DNA of 63,997 bases, counting the filler, from Catajapyx aquilonaris (taxonomy: Eukaryota), in NCBI GenBank assembly GCA_000934665.2. It is 3 parts of 3 records of this genome, joined end to end, with 100 filler letters (N's around TTAATTAATTAA, not from the genome) between each part and the next. Parts side by side here need not be neighbours in the genome. Positions count along the whole stretch, not along the records: positions 21,394 to 42,687 come from JYFJ02006093.1; 2 more parts are not named here. The stretch is one strand, 5' to 3'. The notes beneath the pieces are model-generated. The model saw only the letters and a list, made by a program, of their open reading frames with translations. It was not told the DNA's origin and made no database searches. Every line of letters begins with the position of its first letter. Within the stretch, counting starts at the first letter, position 1. The position numbers and the translations under genes are program-made. This document shows positions 26,076-38,200 of this stretch, piece by piece.

Positions 26076-26312
26076 GATCCCGAGGTGGCAGCTGCCATAC
26101 AAGATATTTCCACCAACCCAGCAAACATCAGCAAGTACCAGAACAACCCCAAAGTGTTTGCTATATTCCAAAAGGTGGCATCCAAGGTCTCGTCAAGTGG
26201 TGGGGCTGGTGGTGGAATGGGCTTCCCAGGTGGATTTCCAGGTGGATTTCCTGGGGGTCCTGGCGTACCTCCCTCTGCTAACTCAAGTGCAGACAATGTT
26301 GAGCTTGATTAA
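26076..26312 (+). CDS. ST13: Hsc70-interacting protein (HIP), last coding exon (STI1/DP domain, GGFP tail)
   Basis: AAG|GAT acceptor; DPEVAAAIQDISTNPANISKYQNNPKV is the HIP STI1 signature; stop TAA at 26310-26312. Confidence 0.93.
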   Translation, partial: DPEVAAAIQDISTNPANISKYQNNPKVFAIFQKVASKVSSSGGAGGGMGFPGGFPGGFPGGPGVPPSANSSADNVELD

Positions 26313-27149
26313 AGCAAGCCAACATACCATGCCAACAGAAGCGGGAAATTTGGTGACGTGTACCAGGCAGGATTTCAAGGCATTTTTTTGTACTTTTTTT
26401 TGAATGGAAATTATTGGAGAGGGCTCATCACTCACATACCATGTTGAGTTGTATTTTTTAAATGTGAAAACATGTTTAAAAAATTGGTGTTGTCTACCTG
26501 ACCACTCCAACCAAAAATATACGGAACAAAATCTATGGTAGTTAGTGATACCCAAGGAAAGTCAAATCTTATTCAGCATTTAATCAAATTGCTGTATTAC
26601 ATTTTTTTCACAAAACAGTTCCCAGATTTTTGCACTGTGATTCACAAAGTAGATAATTTTTTAAAGAAGTGCATGCCAAGTTTCGTGGCCATTTCATCAA
26701 CAGTTTGAGATTGGAAGACTGATAGTAAGTTTTTAAACCCTTTCTAATGAAAAACCAAATGGTGTTTAAAATGGGAATTGTTTGAGTTCTAAGGAGTTGT
26801 TTGGATTTTGTGAACTTTAGATTAGAGGTGTTTTTGTGGGAATGATGACGATTATTGTGTAAGAACCAGGATTGTGCTTATTACAACTTCCTCTGACAAA
26901 TTTTTTGTTGATAGTTTTGAGAAGCAACCTTCATTAAGGTTTCCCTCAGTACATCTTATGATATGAAATGCCTTTTGTTAAGGTTCCTGTCAGTACTTCT
27001 TTCAGTTTGAAATGTGTTTTGTTAAGTACCGTACCTTTCAACACATCCTAAGTGTGAAATGTCCTTTTTATGTTCCATGTTCCATTTTATACCTTAAGAC
27101 AGTTCCCTGGCTTTCCCAAACCCTGAAAATCAGCCCATATACCTACCTT

Positions 27150-27700
27150 CCATCCACAAAAAAATCCATCCTGAAACTCGAGACTGCCCATGGGATTATC
27201 ACAATAGCCATAAGTGCCAATCCATAGATGGTCTTTTGAGGCAAGGTTTTGTGGGAGGCTGGGAGGAGGTGGGATGAAAAGAGTCTTGTCTGAGAATGTT
27301 CCCAACAATATATCATACAACTTGAAGTACTTCATTGTTAGGTCCCAAAGGTGAGGTGCAAATGAGGCAATATGTGATGGGAGTTGGAACAGGAGACACA
27401 CTAGTTAAAATTGCCCCTGCAGTTGATGAAAGTGTTTGTAGTTGCCATGTTTGAGTCCCAACATAGATGATGAATCATTCATTATTGCCTTGCAGCTATT
27501 TGGATTTAAATGTTTGTGGCTAGGGTGGTTGCAGAAATGGTGGAAAGATGAATCCAGCATTGAAAAGGATAAGGGAAAACCAGACAGCGGGTACTCAGGA
27601 AGTAAAAAAAAAATTGTCCATATTGCCTCTGCTTGAAGGACCCTTGATGATGCCTTGTTGGGTATCTTGGGCAATGAGGGAATTCAAGCATGCCATGCGA
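27150..27700 (-). mobile_element. Fossil PIF/Harbinger (HARBI1-like) transposase fragment
   Basis: Colinear degenerate motifs across frames: EFPHC, IIKGPSSRG, WFSLIL, FIIYVG, YIVGN, DNPMGSL (cf. FP.C, I.I..P..SG, FS++L, F..VD+G, Y.+VGD, ENAFG.L); many stops. Confidence 0.45.
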
Positions 27701-28533
27701 ATGTTGCACATGTACCCTGCTCCCACACCATTTTGCTGCCTTGTTTCTCACATCTTTTGATCCCAACCAATGACACATTTTCAATTTGTAACATCTTTTG
27801 TTAAAATTCCCCACAATACATCTTGGAAATAAAAATAACAGAAAGTGAACATAGAGTTTATAGGCTTGTACAATTGCACAAAAAAAACACAAAAACCATT
27901 CAATGACATATGACAGTGTTACACTGAAACTTGGCCAGTTTAAAATTATCTGCGTCATTTTAAGTTTTAGCTCTAAAAGTACCACAGTGCAGTTGAAACT
28001 TTAATAATTTGCCAGCTCCATCGTGAAGAGCAGTGTGATTTCTGGATAAATTACCCGGAACTACCCTTACTGTTGTTTTGAGGTTTTTACTGGAAAAGTG
28101 TTGCCACTTTGGGCTTTCATGATAAGTTTACTAGCAAAGGTGCCAAATATTGCAGAGATAACTTGCACATCTTGGCGAACTGTTTCGTGTCACAACAGAG
28201 AAGGGAAGTACATGAATCATATGAAATTAATGCTCTCTTCATATGCATGAAGTCTCTGCAATTTTTCTTACCCTCCACACACTGAACTGTTGCCGTATCA
28301 AATTTTTGAAATAGTCACACAAATTATTTTCAAATGCAAAGTTGTGACAAGCTAAATGTGTGAAAAACGGATCTTGTAACTGGCTAAGCTTCATTGCAGA
28401 TACATCACAACTGAACCGCAGTTCCGAGTTCCAACTGTACCTCATTGTGGTTTCACAACAGTGTTTTTTTTGCACACAAGTTTTACACTCTTCGTGTCTT
28501 TGTACATTTGATTTTTCAGGATGCCCTCCCTTG

Positions 28534-28842
28534 TCACTTGAGCCTCAGCCTGTAGGCACGCTTCCAAATCCCTGCGAGGACCACACAAGCATGGAACCGG
28601 TACATGACGAGTAAGGGCAGGCAGGCTCTGGACACCACTCCCCAGACCAAAGCCCCATAGAAGGCTCTCTGTGGTGCTTGGTATACCTCAGCATGTGTTA
28701 CAAAGGCATCCAGAAGCCACATGGCTGCATTTGCAAAAAGCAGGAAGGTGACCAGTTGCCTTCCGGGTTTTGCTGCCAGTTGAGAGCGGGTTGCACAGCA
28801 CCTGCGTGATGCTTCAGAGATCCATGCACTTTGGAATGTCAC
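28534..28842 (-). CDS. Otop: Otopetrin proton channel, last coding exon
   Basis: TTGTATTACAG|GTG acceptor; KPGRQLVTFLLFANAAMWLLD...WGVVSRACLPLLVMYRFHA..LAGIWKRAY; TGA stop. Confidence 0.93.
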   Translation of the reverse strand: MTFQSAWISEASRRCCATRSQLAAKPGRQLVTFLLFANAAMWLLDAFVTHAEVYQAPQRAFYGALVWGVVSRACLPLLVMYRFHACVVLAGIWKRAYRLRLK

Positions 28843-29163
28843 CTGTAATACAAGTGACAATGACACAAATCAATTTGGGATGGAATTGATGGAAACTGAG
28901 GAACTTTCAATATGTGTGATGGCATTGAATATTGACCAATTTTTTTGTGAAGCAAATATTACACCTCATTGAATAATAGAATTCCAAAGAATCTCTCGCA
29001 TTTCTAATTGAATGGAATTGACCATTGAATTAATATAATTAATTTTCAAATAGTGTCAAATGAACTGGAATAATTATTCCATGCCTAATAGATTTCCTTT
29101 CTTCATATTGTACAGAGTGAGCCTAGTTGGGTTTGTCTTGCTGTCACTTCAACATATACATAC

Positions 29164-29644
29164 CTGCACAGCCAACAGCACATGCACAGAGACAAGTGAT
29201 GCCTGATGTGTGGCTGCCCCTACAATCCCACTCAGTATGGCATACAGATACACCCCAATGATGCAGGTATGTGGGACAAGCTGGTCCAGATCAGCTGAGC
29301 TCCCAGAACGTGATCTGTTGAGGGTGCGCAGGCGAGTGAAGCCAATGGTGCAGGCCAGGGTAGAAGAAGACAACAGAATCAGCTGAGTAACAGAGCAGGT
29401 CCACAGCAGGTTGAGGCGGAACTCTTGGTGGCTCTTCATGACATAGAATATTATTGTGATGACCAGGGATCCCACCAGGCAGAGCAAGCCAAAGAATAGA
29501 CCCTTGCTGGCATTGTGGCAGCCCTCTGTTTGGTCAGGGGGAGAGGTAAGTGCTGGTGAAGCTGACTGCTTCTCTGGTGCATGTCGCATGTGAACCTTGC
29601 CTACGTCACGCCACATCATGTATGTCACTGCAGCTGCTATCAAG
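29164..29644 (-). CDS. Otop: Otopetrin exon
   Basis: CCACAG|C acceptor and CAG|GTATGT donor, 481 nt, phase 2-0; LIAAAVTYMMWRDVG, CHNASKGLFFGLL. Confidence 0.92.
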
Positions 29645-29865
29645 CTGTGGAGCAAGAGTGAGATGTTAGTTTATTTTAAAAACAGGAATATTGATGGCTA
29701 GCTAATCTTTAGTCAGATATTAGTCATAAGAATTATGGAGTTCGTACCAAGTAATGCATATTGTAATTAAAGGCTATGAAAGTCATTATCATTTTGTGCT
29801 GCTATTACTCTGATGACATCTGTCTCAAACTTTTTTCTAAGGCTACCACTAGGCTGTTGACTTGC

Positions 29866-30034
29866 CCATATTCGATGATGAAGGGAAAGAGGAGTGTACG
29901 CCAGCTGTTCCATAGCTGACCTAGTCCAGTGTGATTAGTACATGCCATCAGGGCCATCATTTGCGTGACATGCATGTTTGGGATTGCTGTGGCTGTCGTA
30001 GCATTGGCACCCATGCCTGTGTAGGTCAGTGGTG
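29866..30034 (-). CDS. Otop: Otopetrin exon (ends at a GC donor)
   Basis: GTGCAG|CA acceptor and GG|GCAAGT donor, 169 nt, phase 1-2; LLFPFIIEY. Confidence 0.82.
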
Positions 30035-30337
30035 CTGCACCCCAAGAGGGAAACAATTATTAGTAACTGGTAAAACTAGACGTTCCTGTATAACGGATTT
30101 ATTTTATTCTTGAAAATAAGTCCCTTATTAGTAGTTTTGTTTAGAGGTTATAAAACCTGTTTACAATGCAATCACTCTGGTCAGCAAAAAAATTCTGTAA
30201 CGAACAGGTTTCCATCACATACCAATATACATGTCAGAAATTTCAAATCCTGCATTTGAGCCAAATTAAAATTCTGTATTTAACAAGTTTTTTCTTCATT
30301 CAAGGTATTGCTATTGTTATAAACAAGTTTCATAGTA

Positions 30338-30989
30338 CCGTCAAATTGGGTGACGTTGGCCTACCAGGTGAACTTGGCCAAAATTCCAAAAATGTCATTA
30401 ATGAATATTTAAGGTAACACGTGTCATAAAAATGGGACTTTCAATGACATCATGCCATTACTGCAGCGCGTAGCATGCTGTAGACCACGGCCAGCTGTAG
30501 ACCAAAAAAATTCACCTGTGCCAACATAGGTGAGCAAGGAAATAAATGTTAAAGTCCACCCCATGAACCACTCAATTTTCATAGTGCGCAAACTTTATTT
30601 TGCAAATCAAGAAATTGAGAAGCAATGGTATTGTCCATTTTTAAGAGATGGTGAACTTTTCCAGTGTTGGTAATATTTATTACAGCTTATGAATATCGTT
30701 CTTTAAAAACACATTTAAAAATTCCTAACAGCAGAACTCGTTTCCCACTGTATTTGTAATGGGGAAAATAGATGGCCAAGTCCACCCCCACCGGTTGGGG
30801 TGCACTTGGCCATGATGTCATAAATTTTCGTACACACCATTGTGCACAGAAAAAAATTATTTGTACTCGCCCTTTTGTCCAGCGTGGTCTAACACCTAAT
30901 AATTTTTTTTTCACAGTTGTGGGTTAATATCTTCACACTTATATCTTCGTAAAACTGAAATTTTGGACTAAGTTCACCCCGTTTGACGG
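30338..30989. mobile_element. pogo-like MITE in an otopetrin intron
   Basis: TA|CCGTCAAATTGGGTGACGTTGGCC ... GGACTAAGTTCACCCCGTTTGACGG; internal GGTGAACTT repeats. Confidence 0.7.
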
Positions 30990-31395
30990 ATGGAATGTGT
31001 CTCCTTTCATGCACATAATTTCTATTAACATCCAATAAGATTTAAGAATGCTGACCCAATCGGAACTAGAGAGCATCCAGTGGTCAAAGGGCTAAACACA
31101 TTTTTTGTGCAGTGTTTAGAAAGGTATGAGCCCATTCGACCAGTTATTTGCAGTTAATATTTTCATAACCCTCTAAAGGAATGTCCAAACTAATATTCAG
31201 CTTTGTGCCAAAAATTCGAATCAAATAAGACAATGAAATTGGAGCATCCTGTACATTGACCACAAACAATGACACCGTGAAGCAATATCAATATTTACAG
31301 CATTTTACACTCGAGGCATGGTGGCACACTGACACAGGGCACCGTAGGTGTTCTGAAACCATTGGGCATAACATACTGTATGTAGCATACAATAC

Positions 31396-31609
31396 CTGTA
31401 TGGAAAGCTTCAACAGGAAATGCATCATTGGTAGATTTGAGCGCTTGGACCCCACCAAGAGTGAAGTCCATTGCAGGTTCATGGTACGTGGAGTCCATCC
31501 AGTCCTTGGCAGCACCCCAAACAATAGAATTGAGCCAGAGGGCAACATTGGTGCCCATCAAGTGCATGAAGCCAAATCGTGCTATCGTGCCATACCGCTC
31601 CACAAGCAC
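31396..31609 (-). CDS. Otop: Otopetrin exon
   Basis: TTTACAG|GTG acceptor and CAG|GTATTG donor, 214 nt, phase 0-1; IARFGFMHLMGTNVALWL. Confidence 0.88.
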
Positions 31610-31730
31610 CTGTAAACCACCAATCATAGAACATAGATAGTTACAATCATGTTACAATGAAACTTCCGTCCCACGAGAATTTTTCGTAACAGTCAAGTTT
31701 CCGCTTATTTGAATGTTGCCCACTCTGGAT

Positions 31731-31888
31731 CACCCATCGCGATAATTGAGGGCAATAAGACACTTGGCCAGAAGTGAGCTGTTATAACTTCCTCATTATG
31801 TCCTACACATTCTGTTAAACACTACATGGCATATGACAACTCAGCGTCTTTCTAATCTTCATACCACCCTCAGTTATCGCCATGGGTG
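31731..31888. repeat. 22-bp inverted repeats (MITE-like) in an intron
   Basis: CACCCATCGCGATAATTGAGGG / CCCTCAGTTATCGCCATGGGTG. Confidence 0.6.
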
Positions 31889-32344
31889 GGATTCGGATGA
31901 AGGCCTCCGGACAGCGAATGCAAATTGTCCGCCTTTCTCGGGAAAGAAGCCGAATAATATGACATTAAAATGAAAACCAACATTACTATTCAATATCAGT
32001 ATTAATTATGAAAACTGCAAGTGACGCCAACCTCTGGACTCGCACCTGGAATTATGTAGGCTACGACAGAGTGGCCAGCACCTATTCAACATGCTATCAG
32101 CACCCCCACCACCATCACGTACTTGTCATCATCTCAATATTTATGACACCCAGCTGAAGTGATGACCGGGTTGATATCCCTTGATCTTTGAAATGTGGGT
32201 GGACACCCCTGTCCCATCTTCTCTAACACTCATTTTGGACAGTAGGGAGAAAACCTGCGGGCCCTCGTTCCCTCATTTTCCGGTTCGCGTGAGGGAAGCC
32301 ATCATCGTGCCTCCCATCCCAATTACAGATCTACTCATCCTTAC

Positions 32345-32499
32345 CTCTGAATTGACGAAGAGAAAGTGCATCTGCAGGAAGGTGAAGAGAGCCTGAAGAA
32401 TGGGTACGGCACTGGTCACGCTGTCCATACACCCAGGCTCCAGGCTAGTCTCCATCGCCACTTCCAAGCCATTAGCGATCAGGGTGCCCAGGCCAAACA
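32345..32499 (-). CDS. Otop: Otopetrin exon
   Basis: TTTTCTTGATAG|TG acceptor and GAG|GTAAGG donor, 155 nt, phase 1-0; VFGLGTLIANGLE...PILQALFTFLQMHFLFVNSE. Confidence 0.92.
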
Positions 32500-32572
32500 C
32501 TATCAAGAAAAAGGATGGGTCAAAGGTCACAAACGACAATTTCATTGGGAAGTTAACGAGCCATAGGATGTA

Positions 32573-32696
32573 CTGTATACGCCAAATTGTTTCATACCCC
32601 CGGGGTATGAAACAAATTGTCGTATACCTAGGTATAGTGCTATATACGACAAATAGTTTCATACCCCGGGGGTATGAAACAATTTGGCGTATATAG
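32573..32696. mobile_element. Double-palindromic MITE, TA-flanked
   Basis: The whole element is a palindrome, and each arm contains the palindrome GTTTCATACCCC.GGGGTATGAAAC; the same terminus recurs at ~43832-43861. Confidence 0.75.
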
Positions 32697-32864
32697 TACA
32701 AAAATATCTTTGGACGCATGCGAAAGAGGAGTCGAACGGGACCATGATCTGGTCAAATGAGAAAAGAGGGAAAGGGCTTGAAGGCCTATTATAATATCTA
32801 GTAAGCAAAAAAGAGGCCATTGATCCGCATGCACTTCCCCTGAGGCAGAATGGTGCCTGGTTAC

Positions 32865-33123
32865 CTAAGGCTCCGACTCGTAGGTAGAAACTGGTCCGGG
32901 AGGTTCCAGCACGTGAGATATGTGCCCTCTTGAGCGTTCCGAAACTGGAGAGGCTGCCAAGCTCGGGGTCACGGGCACCCGCCCCCGAGCCCCCCATCAC
33001 CGCCTCCGAAGACGGCGATGGTGACCCCTTGCCCGTCGAAGGGCAGCTGTCCAGCAGTACCGACACGTAGATGCCCAGGATGGCCGCCACGGAGCCCACG
33101 TACAGGTAGATCAAGTACACACT
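32865..33123 (-). CDS. Otop: Otopetrin exon
   Basis: ATTTCCAG|AGT acceptor and TAG|GTAACC donor, 259 nt, phase 0-1; YLIYLYVGS...SFYLRVGAL. Confidence 0.92.
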
Positions 33124-34024
33124 CTGGAAATAAATCCCCAAGGTACGATGAATTACCTGATGCCACTTTTGTTTATTTAGGTGTCAGTCAAAATTACACA
33201 CATCCGGTCACATATGTCGCACTTAAAGCTAACGACATCGTTTGGACTGTCGCGCTAACTGTACGGAAGACGCCAGGACATCAACAAGCCGTGAGGCGCA
33301 AGATCTATGTGTTTTTGCGATTTGTTTACGAGCGTGTAAATTGCGTTAAACCATAAGCTTAGAGTAGGTCGCATCCTACGTACACTGCATTCTTGCCATC
33401 AATAGAGCCTAGACGCTAGGCTGCTTCAAAAAAAAATCTGATAACAATGTAGATAAATCACTCCGCACTTGATGAGACCGTAAGAATGAGACCTCGTAAA
33501 TGGTACACTATGTAACCATACCAGGGGGTCTCAAATTTGGACAATATAACTATTCAGCTCCGCCTGCCGTTGTCAGCCACAAAAGAAATGATAATGGCCC
33601 TAGATTATGCCTCCCTTAATCACCCGAGTTAATTATTTGGCTCCTGACACAAGCAAACAGGTCCTTGATTACCCAGACGAGGCATTTTTATAGCTCAGGT
33701 GCGAAAGCAAAAAATAAAATAAAAATGAAAAAAACCTGCCTCAAGTTAATGATAGGGATAACCGGCCAGGGCTTCTTGCATACGCACCCTGTATAAAATT
33801 GGGCGACCAACCTGTCCCTGACCCCTGGGTGACATCGTGCGTATGGTAACAAATGCGTTTGACCGACATGTTTTTGCTTCCAAAAACGATCATCCAAAAT
33901 ACCTTTATTGAGTTCACACGACTTTCGTTGTCTTTGGGTCGTTCCGGTTTGGCTCTGATTTTTGGATCCCAACTACAACGACCAGTGTTAAACCCAGCTT
34001 TAGAAGGCTCAAAATGGATCTTAC

Positions 34025-34139
34025 CTGCAATGAGAGGGGCCTGACGTTGTTGTCCAGGACTTCGGTAAGGCAGATTCCAACCATCAGGAGGACTACCATT
34101 TTCCCATAGAGTGCGCTTAAGATCACCCACAAGGAGCGT
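34025..34139 (-). CDS. Otop: Otopetrin exon (TM1)
   Basis: TCTTACAG|A acceptor and CAG|GTAAGA donor, 115 nt, phase 2-0; ILSALYGKMVVLLMVGICLTEVLD. Confidence 0.9.
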
Positions 34140-34925
34140 CTGTAAGATGGACACACATAATTAACCTCCTGGTTTATCCGGGCGTAGAACCACAATGTAC
34201 GTGAATTTTTTGACTCGTTTTTCTATCCAAGAACTAAATTCCGATATATATTTTTTTTTGGTGACAATATTTTCTGTTCTCTCCTGAAGCTCGGTTACGC
34301 CCGAAAGCTAGGATAATCACCTTTCACCCTTTTTCAACACAAAATGTGTAATATGCGTCCCACTGTGGCACAGGACCACATTTCCCGTCCGTGAAAAGGA
34401 GTTTGGGAAACTGGTGGTTGCGACTCTTCATACCACTGCACTGGGAACATCTACTAGCATGCTTGCTTACCTACTGATTCACTCAATATGGAGGGGGGGA
34501 AAAAATGTGTCATTTTTGCGAATAATATCATGCAAGCACAGTGTGGGCCAACAGCCGAAATGAAGGTCGGATCAAAAAACCGCTGAGTGAAAAGCGTTGG
34601 GTGAGGTCAACAGAGCATGACAGAAATGAGAATCCACATGGTATGTGGATGGAATGGGTGTTGAATAGAACGTGAAACAAGTTGCTCGTATGGAGAAGAT
34701 AAAAAGCTATAAGATGCGTGCGTGCTAAATGAATGAAGCAGCCCGATTGGACACAACAACGGCTTTCACATCACGTCCACACTACTAGATGTCGGAAGGA
34801 GATGTATTTACGACGACAATGCGCGTGAGCTCCATGCTGATTCGCCGCCAGAAAAGCAGCTACCAGTTTGATGGGCCTATCAAAGACTATAAGTGCATGC
34901 CATCAAGTGACGATAGATCCCTTAC

Positions 34926-35202
34926 AAGGATTCGCCCTTCCTTTGTCCACCGCAAAGGCCGCACCAGAAGCCACCATCGTTATGTCTGGTGTCCTCCGCA
35001 ATGGTGGTGACCTTCCCGTTGGTGCTGCTGGAGCACTTGTGGCTCTTGCTCATTCTGCGACCTCCGAAGAAAGAGTATCCGGATGTGGAGGGACGACTCT
35101 TTGAGGACTTCCGGTCCGGACCTTCCGGGTGGTCGTCGCAATGTCCGTTCAAGCAGGGATCACTTCTTTCCAGGCTGTCTTGTTCCGGAAGATCATTGCA
35201 TG
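34926..35202 (-). CDS. Otop: Otopetrin N-terminal cytoplasmic exon
   Basis: TTCTTATTCTTCAG|CA acceptor and TT|GTAAGG donor; open and phase-compatible (2) with the TM1 exon; low-complexity Ser/charged sequence. Confidence 0.75.
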
Positions 35203-38200
35203 CTGAAGAATAAGAATGGAGCAAGTAGCTGATTGTGAGGTCACTTCCTAATTCATATTCAGATATGGACGGATTATGGGCTTTGTAATCACAACCTATA
35301 GTGGGCCATTAGGTCAGCTTATGCGGCGAAGGTTCAAGTCACATCGGACATCCAAACTCACCTAATTACATATATTTGCATAATGAACAATTGAGTTCCA
35401 TCGGGCTGTCCGGGCTAGTACCTAATGAAACCATCTTGCCATCGCACACTCAGGTTGACTGAAGACTAATGAACAATGAGTATGCTACAGGTTATTCATA
35501 ACCCCGATAATGATATCAGGCTGTCCGTTTTCGTCCTCATTACCAAGTGGTATATGAAGACTAGACGCATTAAGATGTGTGACCACCACGTCGTAAAACG
35601 CACGCATGTTGGATGCATGAGTGCCCAGCAATAATACACGACCAGCAAGATGATTGTTTTTCACACCGGACTGGTCGCACTTGTTTTCAATCGGAACGAA
35701 CCGACCCACAACGCACAGTGTACGGCAGGGTACGGGTATACGCACCTGGTTTAGGCATCCTGGTCACGTTCTGGCCACTCGCTGAGTAGCAATCATTCCC
35801 TGCAGCGCTCCACATGGAGTCCGGAGGCACCCAATATGCGAGCAAAAAAACCTTTGAGAATCCCTATTGTTTGATATGCAAATGGTGCTACTGGCTAGTT
35901 GCGGTGTCGCATATTATCAGGAGCACCCTTTGCATTTCAAAGTCAAGGGTGTCGGTCTCAAGCTGGTGGGTGCTCAGTGACCATGGAAGGATTTTACAGA
36001 ATATTGGAACAATTCAGACATTCCTAACATCCGAAGGGTTACACCAACCGTCCGATAAATGCGGATACCGGAGTCAGAATCCCTCTATCACATACCACGT
36101 TAATGAGGCTTATCTCTCACACGGAAATTACATGTGACATATGCCGGTCATATGAAATACTTTGTTGTAATATTAGTGACGTAACACTCGTTTGCCACTA
36201 AACACTTCAACTTTTTGACAGTCATTTTTGATTAGGATTGTATGGTGTCAGTAGAGCGTACAAGAAATTAACGGGGAAGTTTTGTAGCCTTATATCCGGT
36301 TGGTCATTTTGCTTCACCGTGAAATCAATTCAGAATAAGGTTAAACACGTGGATTTTGTCACAAGTACCGCCTTATATCGCGTTATTAATGAATAAACTT
36401 AATATCACATTATGTGCAGCTGCATTAAATCATACTTCAGGATGCACTTCCAATAATTCAGAATTGCGAATTAATTACGCCTGAATGCTGAACACTATGC
36501 TTGATCAGTATAATATTTGGCGAAAACTATATAAAATGACGAGAATCCTTCACAATAAATTCATCCTACTGATGAAATGCAAACTCTGAATGCGAATAGT
36601 CACCGGCAGAATTGCTCCAAACTGAACTGAGACCACTACCACACTATCGGAGCGTTGAAATCACTATGATATTTCCCTTATTCGCCTTATGCTTTTTCCT
36701 TGGCAATTCCGGGCGTTGAAGTCACCACGCTTTCTTGCGCGTACGATGGAAAGTTCTTCTGCTATGAGAAATCCAGCTAGCACTTTTATTTACTACTCCA
36801 ATTAGCGGGAAATCGGGGCCAACATCAACCAAAGTGGTGGGAATCAATGCCTTCATCCTCCGAAAAAAGGGTCCATTGCCGAACAAGGCCGAAGTTAGCC
36901 AAGTGTTGCCAACCCCAAAAGAAGTGAAAATTGGTACAGTATCTAACCTTCATCGTATGGTGAGCGCACTCTGGTCTCCTCGGATATCCTGGGCAACTGC
37001 GCGCACCAACATCGTCCAAGGGGTGGTCTGACTGACCACTCCTGGATAACATTTGTCACTTCTGGGGTCGTCGCCATTGCCCGAACTTAACTGCCATTGT
37101 CGCACATAACCAAAAATGCGGGAAAATTTGACAAAAACTAAATGATGATCCTTTCGTTAGGAGAGGTGAGTGGAGACTGGTGGCGGATGGTTCTTCTGGT
37201 TTTGCAAGGAGGTTTGTTTGGTAGCTGGGGCGTGATGAGTGGCCGGCCACGGAGAGTGATGATGGGATGAGGAGGCCCCGGAATGATTCGCCAGACTGTA
37301 CCATCCAGGCAGCAGGTGGAAAGAAAACCAGCCACTGGCACGTGAACATGACATACACTTACTTGTTCCCTAAACAATCAGCAACTATTCATATGTCGAC
37401 AATTTGGTGACACACAAACAGCTGATTGACACTAATGGATTCTCCGTTTTTTATGGTCACCCGGTTAGTATCACGGCAGCAGTGTATATGCATATAAATC
37501 AAATTAGCGATATTGATAGCCCACATGTTTTTTTTTGAAAAATAAACGTATCACTTCCTGATGAAAGGTCATCCGCAATGAAATTTTCTAGCCATGAGGA
37601 AGCAAGCCCGAGGAACCATATCAAGCCAGTAGTGTAGCCATCCAGTGCCTCATCATAACAAAAAAAAAAATCCATGTGGACACGCATGGCAAACCGCGAT
37701 AAATCCGGCAATCCCAGCACATTTCAACTCAGCATTTCTTTTAAAAAGACGCCAACCAGATGTCGTCTTCTGACAAAAATTTCAATCCAACCTCAATCCA
37801 TCATTAACAATCTTCCTTCTTTTTCAAAAGAATAGGTGAAAGGAGTTCGCTGCCACCTATATTTCACTTTCAGTTTTTTTTTTTCCTCCTTATTCTTCAG
37901 AGAAAAAGTTTTGTGGTCATTCACACACATTTTGTAGACACAGTGTATTTTTCAAGCCATGAATTTGGGTTGCACAAGAAAGCATAGCTTGTACGTCTAA
38001 AGAGATTTTTTTTTTAAATGTGACATGACGCTTTCTAGAAAGGTGACACGCTTTCTATTACCAAAATAGATTACTGTTGAGACAAAAAGCTGAGCCAAAT
38101 TATGAGATGTGTGGAAATAGTCAGCTGACGATATCTATCCGGAGTATCCAGGCGTGACGGTCAAGATTCCACGAGTTTAACGGGGAATCTTTCGCGTGTA

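Noticed and set aside
26200..26312. GGFP repeats after the STI1 domain of HIP as a novelty
   Set aside because: Gly/Pro-rich low-complexity tails are ordinary variation for this co-chaperone.
34275..34320. Minimal hammerhead ribozyme (CTGAAGC...CGAAAGCTA)
   Set aside because: The core is CUGAAGC rather than CUGANGA and stem I does not pair; at best a dead remnant.
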